From: Eledone cirrhosa
Lineage: Eukaryota
NCBI GenBank assembly: GCA_964016885.1
Contig: OZ024744.1
Coordinates: 122,822,001 to 122,886,000, forward strand
Length of the DNA: 64,000 nucleotides
Reading direction: 5' to 3'
In this document: piece after piece, positions 39,588 to 49,544 of the stretch
Position numbering within the stretch: the first letter of the stretch is position 1
Layout: every line of letters begins with the position of its first letter
Notes under the pieces: model-generated
Database searches by the model: none
Told to the model about the DNA's origin: nothing
The model's input: the letters and a program-made list of their open reading frames with translations, nothing else
Translations under genes and position numbers: made by a program

Positions 39588-42500
39588 TTTCTTTATTGGC
39601 CACAAGGGCTGACATCAAGAAAAACATTACAGACGGTACGATGTGGGTTTTGTGCGTGTAAATATTTTTATATTTATATAAGAAAAGAAAAAAAAAGGAC
39701 ATAGAAACATATATATATATATATAAACAATAAAAATGAAAATTGAAACAATGAAAAATTCCCCAATAGGGGGAAACCTCCGAGGGTTACTCGTGGCGAT
39801 AACCACTCAAAAGACCACGGCCACCCTGACCACCAGGGCAAGCACCCTCTCTCAATTTTTCCATCTCTCAAACTACAGACGTATTTTCCATCTCTCAAAC
39901 TACAGACGTATATTCACTCGGACCATTCTCGCTACATTCACCCACCTTTCAACAAACTTGCTAGAAGGCAGCACTTGCCTTTCCACCCTGATTTTCCTCT
40001 TCAAGTGAAACTTGAAAAAGTTAATTAGGGATTCGTCGAAGAGGAAAGTGTCTGTCTTTAACCCTCTTAACCTTGACCACCACACAATCTCTTTCGCCAT
40101 GGCCACCAGGCAGATGAAAACCGCCTGCCCTTCCTTCTCGAAGGAAGACGGCGAGACCATCTGCACAATGGACTCAGTCGATAACCCTGCTCGTCACCTC
40201 GTTCCAGTTTTTCTCCATCTGGAGGTCCGGTCCGAACCAGACCCCGAGCAATTTAACCGGTCCGTCCGTCCAACGCCCCACGACGCTGTCGGACGGCATG
40301 GACTTGCCTCTCCAGGTGCCGAGCTGCAAGCCAACCGGCTTTTCCTGGTTTATCTTTGCTCCTGTCACCGCTTCGTATTCCTTGAGAGCGGTGCCGAGCA
40401 TCTGGACGTGTCTGGTGCTCGACACCACCACAGTGACGTCGTCAGCGTAATCCGACTCGGATTTCCCCGCATCCTAGTTCGCGTGCGACGCCCCTCATCG
40501 CCCCCAGTTTGTGGAGTAACGGCTCGAGAGCCAATACGTACAAGAGGGACGAGAGGGGACAACCCTGGCGGACTGAGCGCATGATGCTGAACGGCTGCGA
40601 CAGATGACCGTTCACCCTCACAACTGAGCAGATGTCGCTGTACATTGCTGCGATCCAACCCCTGAAAAAGGGCCCGAAACCAGCTGCCTCGAAGACCGCC
40701 TCCAGGTACCGATAGTCGACCCTATCGAATGCTTTGGATTGATCCAAGTTGATCAGAGCCCCACCCGTGCCAGGTTCCTTAACCACCCTCTCTATGATGT
40801 ATCGCATGAGGTGGAGGTTGTCGTATATGGATCTGTCCGGAATGACGCATGTATGCGCCTCTCCCACCAGACGACAAGCGCCAACCTCCTTGCTAACACC
40901 TTGGCCAAAATCTTGAACTCTGCATTTAGCAGGGTTATGGGCCTGAAATTATCGATAACATTCCCCTTGTTCGGGTCTTTTCTCAGCAGCGCCACTGCTC
41001 CCCAGCTCACAAAACTGGGAATGCTCCCGTTCTGCTGCCAGTTGCAGTAGACGTCTGCCAAGAGATCACCGAACAAGTCTGGCATAAATGCATAAAGCTC
41101 GTAGGGCAGACCATCCAAACCTGGCGATTTACCCCTTGTGCAGTTAGCCATCGCTTCCCATATTTCACCGGCTGTTATTGGCTTTTCGCAACACTGTGCT
41201 GCGGTCGTCGAGAGCCGAAGCAGTCCGTCGAGGTATGCACTGAAGTCCATGCCCCGATCCGACTCGCCGCCGCTCCCGAACAGTTCAGCAAAGTGCTGCT
41301 GAAAAGCTTCACACATCCGCTCGGGTTCGAGCATCACGCACCCATTTTGGTAAGACAAAGACCGAATTGTGGCTTTGTTTCCACGTCGTGCCTCTGCCAC
41401 CTGGGCCCATTGGACGGCTTTTCTCTCCCCGTGTTTCAGAGCACGCGCTCTAGCTCTGACAACGCAGCCTTCGTGTTTTGAGTTGAAGAATTGGTCGAGT
41501 GCCAATCTCGCCGCAAGCACGTCGGTCTGATGCCTGTCCTAAACGCCTCTTCTAGCTTTCTGACTAGCTCTTACTCTACTCTATTTTCCTCTATCACTAC
41601 TCCTTTGCTAAACCTAATCGACTCTACTTTAATTGCCCTTTTCAGGGCGAACCACCACCTGTTGTTGACGACTGCTTCCGTCAACGCCCGCTTAACTAAT
41701 ACGCTAATCCAGTCTCTGTAGGCTTTGCGCGCCGGGAAAGACTCATTCAGCTTCCAGTAACCAGGCCCTTGTCTATGAAGTCTGTCTATGTCGATCTCAC
41801 AGATCACAAATTTGTGGTCTGTGTAGTCGACTATTTTAAATTGTGGACAACTTATACTAGCCTTATCTAGTTCTCTGCAGAATACCCTATAGAGATACGA
41901 TCTGGATGACCCGATGCGGTTTGTCCATGTCCACATTGGCACATTCGGGTGATCCAGTCGATACCTGTCAGACAGTTCAAAACGTCTGAGCAGGTTGGTG
42001 AGGCTCTTGCACCCTCCTCCCCTATCCACTAGCCCCACACGATCCCAACATACCGTTCCAGTCGCCCACTAACACTAAAGACGGGACGTTCCAAGAAAGG
42101 TCTCTAGACGTCTGAAGAAATCTGGCCGTCCTGCCCCAGTTGGGGCGTAGACGGCTACTAGCCTGAAAGCATTGCCTTCGCTGCCGGTCACGTCCAGCAC
42201 CACCGACTTACCTTCTGGGTCTAGGAAGATGGCTCGTATGGCGAGATCCAAGCCTCTCCGAAAAAGCTCAGCAACTCCACCCCCGATCCTGGACGGCTGG
42301 GAGATGCGTATACATCGTAGCCGCCGAAGATCGGTGCGAAGGCCTGTGCTTCGGAGATTCTGGTTTCACTGATGGCCACCACATCTATGTTTAGTGACCT
42401 GAAGTCGTTGAGCAGGTGACCCTGCTTCCAAGATGACCCCAGGCCACGTGCATTTATACTGCCTATTCTGAGTACGGCCATGTTGGATGAGAAATGGAGC

Positions 42501-43032
42501 AAGTGAGAAAGGGTCACTTACCTTGATCGTGTGGTGAAGGGACAGTAGAACCGTCCCTTTCGCTGGTCATGGGTGTTTCCAAGAGGATGTCAGTGTATAT
42601 CCTCTTGGTAACCGACCCTCTGAAGTCTCCAACTGCGTTGGGGAATTTTTGTTTTAAAGGTTTGTACTATTCTATTTTGATTTCAATGATGCTTATGTTT
42701 GTCGGGAGAGTTCTTGGTGTTGGTGGGGTGTAGTAGTTTTTTTCTGTAATGTCTGTGTGCTGCTTTATATATTGTATGAGTTCTTTTTTTGCTATGTTTA
42801 TGGCTGTGTACTTTTTGGGGGAGGGGTGATTTTGTTGCTGTTTTCTTCTTGTTGCTGTTTGGTGTGTGTGTTTTGTTGTGTTTGCGTTGTTGGTGTTTTT
42901 GGTGATGCTGGTGGTGGTGTGGTTGTTGTTGTCAGTGGTGCTTGTGGTGGTAATGGTGGTGGTGTTGCTGCAAGTTTCTTTGCTGCCTTTACCCCTCTTT
43001 GTATGCCTTCGCTTTTGGAGGGTGAATCTAAG

Positions 43033-43065
<33 letters not shown>

Positions 43066-45562
43066 TGGCAGACCGTTTGCCATTTCGCTCCCGCCTCAAA
43101 CACCATGTCGGATTCTGTGGCATTTGGGAGGAGTATGTGCTCCACGGCTGTTGGTGGAGGTAGTGGAGCCCTCTTCGGCAATTTTGTTGCTGGTGTAGCT
43201 ACTACAAATGTAGCTATTGGTGTTGCTGCCACTGATGATGCTGCTTTAGTTGTCCGTGGCCTTGGTACGGGTGCTACGGACGTTGCCCTCCTACTCACCG
43301 TGGAAGGGGCTTCTTCGTTTGTTGCCTGCCCTGCTCTTGGTAGCAGGGGACCAGGTATTGGAAGGAGAGGAGCCTTCTTCGCTGTCTTCTGCGGGCAAAA
43401 GGCCCTGAGGTGACCCTTCGACCCACAGATAACATTTTGGCCGCTTCCTACTACACTTATAGGGAGTTGGAGTCCTTCCTCGATGTCTATGATATCGGGG
43501 ATAGCGTCGATACATTCCTGGTCAGTTTGTATAAGCATTTGCATGCCTATACCTGACCAGTTCTCTCTCCCTATTTTTTCTACTTGCAGCATGGTCGTCC
43601 TGTTCTCGATTCCAGCAAGGACAGATGCGGCCAGCCAAGGTATGGGCACGTCGGGTGGGATCTGGGTCACTTTGACCCTCACAATTTTCTGCCCGCAGTA
43701 GGAGGGCACCAAGTCTATCTCCTCACTCTTTAGGGTTTCCAAAGAGTGAGACTTTGCTTCCTGGGGGGTGGCGAAAAGTACGTCTACTGTGGTGTACTTT
43801 CTGCCTCGGGTGATGTGGGTTTTGCGTGCCCAGATGCACCCCAAGGCCTTTTGGATTTGAGCCTCCGTGGCTCTCTCCACTCGATGTGAGATTTTGCTTA
43901 CGGTGCGGTAAGTCACCGTCCGTAGCTGCTGGTCCTTGAAAAAATCGGGTGGAGGTTTCAGGGAAACTCTATTGGCGCTTCTTGTCACCATGGCTCTTGC
44001 GACTGCCATCTCCTCCTCTGTGACTAACACTGTCTCGATATTTCGGGCGACACCTGCACAAGAAGTGGTCCCTTTTTCAGCAGCACCACTATTGCTGCCG
44101 TTACTGGTCTTACTGGTGGTGCTGAGATCGCTGTTACAGGTATCGGTGTCACTGTTGTTGTTTTCGTTGGTACAGTTGTTGTTGTTGTTTTCGTTGATAC
44201 TGTTGCTGTTGTTACTGTTTTTGTGGCTGTTGTTATTATTGTTGTTTTTGTTGATACTGTTCCTACTATTATTGTTGTTGTGGCTGTTGTTATTGTCATT
44301 GTTATTGTCGTTCTCGACTTTACTGCTGTTATTTTTGTTATTGTCGTTCTCGACTTTACTGCTGTTATTTTTGTCGTTGCTGTTGTTATTGATGGTGTTG
44401 TTGTGAGTGTTGTTGTTGGTGTTATTGTTGGTGTTGTTTGTGTTAGAAATATTTGTTAATTTTAAATCTGTAACAATCTTCGGCGATATCCAATTTTAGT
44501 GGACTAAATGCCGCTTACGTGCTGTAGTTGCTGCTTACTTCAATGTATGAGGCTATTCCAACAAATTTACATTCCCTTTTTTTTAGCCGTTAAAAGAAAT
44601 ATAGATTTATTGTTTTTTTTTTTTGTGATTTATTTGCCACTGGGGCATAGATTTCTTTATTTGCCACGTTTTTGTTTGTTTGTTTGTTTGTTTTTTTGCG
44701 ATTTATTTGCCACTAGAGCATTAGGCGGGTAGCGAAAGTAGCAATAATGGCCCGTGCAAGTGGGCCATCTCTCTATATCGGCTTGTACAGGTAAGAGAAG
44801 AAGGGAGCACCCCCCCTCTCTCTGTGCTCCCTGGCAGAAAGGTCGCACACTTTCTACGGGGGTGTGTGTGACCCCAAAAGGCTGCCTCTCTATTGAGGAC
44901 TTAATTTTTTATATTCCTTTTTAATCACTCGTTAAATGTTTGTACTTGATTTTTGTAAAAACTTCCCCCGCCTAATGCTCTAGTGGCAAATAAATCGCAA
45001 AAAAACAAACCAACAAACAAAAACGTGGCAAATAAAGAAATCTATGCCCCAGTGGCAAATAAATCGCAAAAAAAAACCCAATAAATAAATCTATATTTCT
45101 TTTAACGGCTAAAAAAAAGGGAATGTAAATTTGTTGGAATAGCCTCATACATTGAAGTAAGCAGCAACTACAGCACGTAAGCAGCATTTAGTCCACTAAA
45201 ATTGGATATCGCCCAATCTTCTTTTCCTTTGTAATATTTTCGTTTATATTTACCTCCGTTGGAACGCGGTCTTGTTGACATGCTGATAAAGTCTCCCCCT
45301 CTCTGTGTTGTATGACAGCGCTCTCTCTCTTTCTTGTGTTATCCATGTTGAAATTTAAAAAAATATATATTTTTACACAAATACGAATACGACACCCCGT
45401 AAAGGGGTGCCGTATTATTTACGAGTGCACCCCTGTATTAGTTGGGTCACTTCTTCTAAACTTTTATCAAATTTAAAACTTGAATAAAAGGTTTAGAACG
45501 GTTGAAACCGAGGTAAAACGTTGAAAAAAGCTGGAGGCGATAAGAAGGGTGGCTTCACCAAC
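39548..45562 (-). mobile_element. Tx1/L1-clade LINE J, full length but decayed, (TTA)n tail, related to the intact array (ORF1 45346->42518, ORF2 42481->39900)
   Basis: ORF fragments align with the intact ORF1/ORF2 (TVTYRTVS, TVDVLFATPQEAK, LRIGSINARG, QGCPLS). Deletion at ~40180, (AAT)n at 39548-39585, fold-back element inserted in ORF1. Confidence 0.94.
44482..45213. mobile_element. Non-autonomous fold-back DNA transposon: ~247-bp TIRs, 8-bp TSD, carrying a LINE 3' end
   Basis: Arms 44482-44729 and 44967-45213 are reverse complements starting GGCGATATCCAATTTTAGTGGACTAAATG. CAATCTTC flanks at 44474-44481 and 45214-45221. Confidence 0.9.
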
Positions 45563-45766
45563 AATAATAATAATAATAATTGTTTCTACTTTAGGCACAA
45601 GGCCAGCAATTACCCAATGCATTACTGGTACTTTATTCTATCGACCCCGGAAGGATGAAAGGCAAAGTTAACCTCGGCGGGATTTGAACTCAGATCATAC
45701 AGGGAGGTAACTCTATGCTTCAAAGCATGGCATCCGATCCTCTACCGATACTGCCAATCCACCGCC

Positions 45767-45768
<2 letters not shown>
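45563..45768 (-). mobile_element. Full-length tRNA-derived SINE between the tail of intact unit 1 and the 5' end of LINE J
   Basis: A box TGGCAGTATCGG, B box GAGTTCAAATCC, (TTA)n tail at 45563-45580. Confidence 0.9.
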
Positions 45769-45824
<56 letters not shown>

Positions 45825-46084
45825 TTTCTTTATTAACCACAAGGGTTTACATAAAGTAGACATTAAGGACAGTGCAGGACAATGCAGGACGGTACAAATG
45901 GGCATTTCTGCGTGTAAAAAAACAAAAACAGAGGATGTAACAAAAATAACAATGAAAATAACAATGAAAAATTCCCCAATAGGGGGGAGACTTCGGAGGG
46001 ACATTTGTGGAGAAAGCCCAGTAAAAAGCCACAATGACCCTGACCACCAAGGCAAGTGCCCTCTCCCAGTTTTCCACCTTTAGT

Positions 46085-49000
46085 TTACAGATATATACTC
46101 AGAGTCGGCCCATTCACTCGGGCCATTCTTGCTTCTCTCACCCATCTTTCAACAAAATGCTGGGAAGAGAGCACTTCCTTCTCTACTCTGATTTTCCTTT
46201 TCAAATGAAATTTGAAAAAGTCAATCAGAGCATCACCGAAGAGGTAAGTGCTCGTCTTCAGCCCTTTCAAACGTGTCCACCATACTATCTCTTTCGCCAT
46301 GGCCACCAGACAGATAAAAACTGCCTGCCCTTCCCGGCTAAAGGAGGAGGGCGGGGCAATCCTCACGATAGACTCAGATGATAGCTGGATCCGTCCTAAA
46401 CGCGACAGCAGGTGTTCGACATAAACCCACAAGTCAGTAATTTTCGGACACTGGACGAGTGCGTGCAGGACGGTTTCGTCGCCCTGCGCGCATCTCGGAC
46501 ATGCCCGGCTGACGGCACCTCCATGCCTGTAGAGTTTATCCCGAACTGGCAAGGCTCCTCGGTAGCACTGCCAGGCCAGAGATTTCTGGAAGTTGTCCAT
46601 AGGCCCTGGCCCGAAAGTTCTTCCGAAGAGATTGGCTAGTTGATTTTCGTCGACGCCTAGAGTTTCCCCAAGTACGTCGTCGCTCTTCCCCTCCACTAAT
46701 CCTCTATAGAACGCCGAGGTGGAGTTTCCACCGATCACATTGCCCGATTGGTCGAGGGCTGTGAGCGCCTGAAGACATTCCAGTCTCCAGGCGCTCCCTC
46801 TCGGTCTTCGCTTGACCCAGGACTGCAGCTCCGTCAAGGAAACGAGCTGGGGAAAAACGCGTCTAGCAAACGGCGACCACACCTGATCACCGTCGAGGAA
46901 GAGGTGGAGATGTCGTAGCCTGAGCGCGTGCCTGCGCATCATCAGCCACGGCATGCCCAGCCCTCCACGTAGCGGGTGTTGACAACAGATGGACCGCCTG
47001 ACCATCGGAGCACGTCCCTTCCACAAAAAGCGAAAGAGCAAACGCTCCAGCGCAGTCAGGCGAGGCTTAGGACAAGGTACGACGGTTAGGCGGTAGCAGA
47101 TGACAGACGCGATGTACGCGTTAGCCACCTCCGCTCGACCTTTCAAGGATAGCTTCCTCTCCGCCCATTTCTGGGTGAGAGAAGCCACCCTGCTCGTCAC
47201 CTCGTCCCAGTTTTTGTCCGTCTGGAGGTCCGGACCGAACCAGACCCCTAGCAATTTAACCGGTCCGTCCGTCCAGCGCCCGACGACGCTGTTGGACGGC
47301 ATGGACCTGCCTCTCCAGGTGCCGAGCTGCAGGCCCACTGACTTTTCCTGGTTGATCATTGCTCCTGTCACCGCTTCGTATTCTCTTAGTGTAGTGCCGA
47401 TCGCCTCGATGTGTTTGGCGTTCGACACCACTACGGTGACATCGTCCGCATATGCTGACACGGATCTTCCGCATCCTAGTTCGCGCGGGACTCCCCTCAA
47501 CGTCTCCAGTTTGTGCAGTAATGGCTCGAGAGTCAATACGTACAAGAGGGACGAGAGGGGACATCCTTGGCGGACCGAGCGCATGATGTTGAACGGTTCC
47601 GACAGGTGACCGTTCACTCTCACTACAGAGCAGATGTCGCTGTGCATGGCAGCGATCCAGCCTCTGAAGACGGGCCCAAAGCCAGCCGCCCTCAGGACTG
47701 CCGCTAGGTAACGATGGTCGACCCTATCGAAAGCTTTCGACTGATCTAAATTGATCAAGGACCCACCCGTGCCAGGTTCCCTAGCTACCCTCTCTACGAT
47801 GTATCGCATGAGGTGGAGGTTGTCGTGGATGGATCTGTCGGGAATGGCGCATGTCTGCGCCTCTCCCACCAGACCACCAACGACAAGCGCCAACCTCTTT
47901 GCTAGCACCTTGGCCAAAATCTTAAACTCTGTGTTTAGCAGAGTTATGGGCCGGAAATTGTCTATGTTATCCCCCTTGTTCGGATCCTTTCTCAGCAGTG
48001 CCACCGCTCCTCGGCTCACAGAACTGGGAATTCTCCCGTTCTGTTGCCAGTTGCAGTAGACGTCCGCTAAGAGGCCTCCGAACAAGTCTGGCATCTGTAC
48101 GTAAAGTTCATAGGGAAGACCATCCAAACCAGGCGATTTACCCCTTGTGCAGCCAGTCATTGCCTCCCTTACTTCAGCGGCTGTTATCGGCTTTTCGCAA
48201 CACTTCGCCTCAGTGGCCGAGAGCCGCGGCAGTCCGTCGAGGTAGACACTAAAGTCCATCCCTCTACCCGGCCCCCCGCTGCCCCCGAACAGCTGAGCGA
48301 AGTGTCGCTGAAAAGCTTCACACATTTGCCCGGGATCGAGTAGCATGCGCCCGTCGTGGTCCACCAAAGACCGGATCGTGGCTTTGTTGCCACGACGCGC
48401 CTCCGCCACTCGGGCCCATTGAACGGCTTTCGTCCCCTCGTGTCTGAGAGCACGCACCCTAGCTCTGACAACGCAGCCTTCGTGCTTTGCATTGAAGAAT
48501 TGGTCAAGGGCCAATTTCGCCGCAAGCACGTCGGTCGCAATGCCTTTGCTAAGCGCCTCGTCTAATTTTCTAACTAGTTCTCCCTCTGCTCTATTTTTCT
48601 CTATTGCTAAAGCCTTACTAAACCTAATCGATTCTATTCTAATCGCTCTTTTCAGAGCAAACCACCACTTGTTGTTGACGATGGCCCCCGTCAACGCCCG
48701 CTTAACTAGTTCGCTAATCCGGTCTCTGTAGGCCTTGCGCGCTGGTAAGGACGCGTTTAGCTTCCAGTAGCCGGGTCCTTGTCTATGAAGCCTATCTAAG
48801 TCAAGCACACAGGTCACGAATTTGTGGTCCGTGTAGCTGACTATCTTGAATTGTGGACAGCCTATGCTAGACCTATCTATTTCCCTACAAAATACTCTAT
48901 CTAGATATGATCTGGATGACCCTATGCGGTTTGTCCAAGTCCACATTGGCACATTCGGGAAATCCAATCGGTACCTGTCAGACAGTTCAAAACGCCTGAG

Positions 49001-49504
49001 CAGGTTGGTGAGGCTCTTGCACCCTCCACCCCTATCCGCTAATCCCACACAGTCCCAGCGTGCATCTAAGATCCCGTTCCAGTCGCCCACTAACACTAAA
49101 GAGCGCGACGTTCCAAGAAAGGTCTCCAGACGCCGGAAGAAATCAGGCCGCCCTGCTCCTGTCGGGGCATAGACGGCCACTAGCCTGAAAGCTTGCCCGT
49201 CTCCGCTGGTCACGTCCAGCACCACCAGCTTACCCTCTGGGTCCAGGAAGATGGCCCGTATGGCGAGATCCAAACCTCTCCGAAAAAGTACAGCAACTCC
49301 TCCACCGGATCCAGGACGGCTGGGAGATGCGTACACATCGTAGCCGCCGAAGATCGGTGCGAAGGCCCGTGCTTCGGAGATTCTGGTCTCGCTGATGGCC
49401 ACTACATCTATGTTTAGTGACCTGAGGTCGTTGAGCAGGTGACCCTGCTTCCATGACGACCCCAAGCCACGCGCATTTATGCTGCCTATTCTGAGTGAGG
49501 TCAT
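46085..49504 (-). CDS. ORF2p, 1139 aa: APE endonuclease + reverse transcriptase + C-terminal CCHC zinc finger
   Basis: GSINARG, ISETR, GDWN, YLDR, TDH (APE); KSPGLDG, FRPITLLN, DQSKAFDRV, QGCPLS, YADD, LLGV (RT); CPRCAQGDETVLHALVQC. Confidence 0.97.
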   Translation of the reverse strand: MTSLRIGSINARGLGSSWKQGHLLNDLRSLNIDVVAISETRISEARAFAPIFGGYDVYASPSRPGSGGGVAVLFRRGLDLAIRAIFLDPEGKLVVLDVTSGDGQAFRLVAVYAPTGAGRPDFFRRLETFLGTSRSLVLVGDWNGILDARWDCVGLADRGGGCKSLTNLLRRFELSDRYRLDFPNVPMWTWTNRIGSSRSYLDRVFCREIDRSSIGCPQFKIVSYTDHKFVTCVLDLDRLHRQGPGYWKLNASLPARKAYRDRISELVKRALTGAIVNNKWWFALKRAIRIESIRFSKALAIEKNRAEGELVRKLDEALSKGIATDVLAAKLALDQFFNAKHEGCVVRARVRALRHEGTKAVQWARVAEARRGNKATIRSLVDHDGRMLLDPGQMCEAFQRHFAQLFGGSGGPGRGMDFSVYLDGLPRLSATEAKCCEKPITAAEVREAMTGCTRGKSPGLDGLPYELYVQMPDLFGGLLADVYCNWQQNGRIPSSVSRGAVALLRKDPNKGDNIDNFRPITLLNTEFKILAKVLAKRLALVVGGLVGEAQTCAIPDRSIHDNLHLMRYIVERVAREPGTGGSLINLDQSKAFDRVDHRYLAAVLRAAGFGPVFRGWIAAMHSDICSVVRVNGHLSEPFNIMRSVRQGCPLSSLLYVLTLEPLLHKLETLRGVPRELGCGRSVSAYADDVTVVVSNAKHIEAIGTTLREYEAVTGAMINQEKSVGLQLGTWRGRSMPSNSVVGRWTDGPVKLLGVWFGPDLQTDKNWDEVTSRVASLTQKWAERKLSLKGRAEVANAYIASVICYRLTVVPCPKPRLTALERLLFRFLWKGRAPMVRRSICCQHPLRGGLGMPWLMMRRHALRLRHLHLFLDGDQVWSPFARRVFPQLVSLTELQSWVKRRPRGSAWRLECLQALTALDQSGNVIGGNSTSAFYRGLVEGKSDDVLGETLGVDENQLANLFGRTFGPGPMDNFQKSLAWQCYRGALPVRDKLYRHGGAVSRACPRCAQGDETVLHALVQCPKITDLWVYVEHLLSRLGRIQLSSESIVRIAPPSSFSREGQAVFICLVAMAKEIVWWTRLKGLKTSTYLFGDALIDFFKFHLKRKIRVEKEVLSSQHFVERWVREARMARVNGPTLSIYL

Positions 49505-49536
49505 GTTTAAAATAGAGTGGAAAAGATGGGAAAGAC

Positions 49537-49544
49537 CACTTACC
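49537..49544 (-). promoter_or_regulatory. Putative 5' splice site / U1-binding site G|GTAAGTG overlapping the ORF1 stop (also 55585-55592 and 61633-61640)
   Basis: CG|GTAAGT fits the donor consensus. The same motif overlaps the ORF1 stop in C, G, H, I and J. Function is inferred. Confidence 0.65.

Noticed and set aside
46085-49504. Prokaryotic RT system (retron, DGR, group II intron)
   Set aside because: The APE-RT-zinc finger layout, separate ORF1 with a knuckle, AATAAA and microsatellite tail identify a eukaryotic non-LTR retrotransposon.
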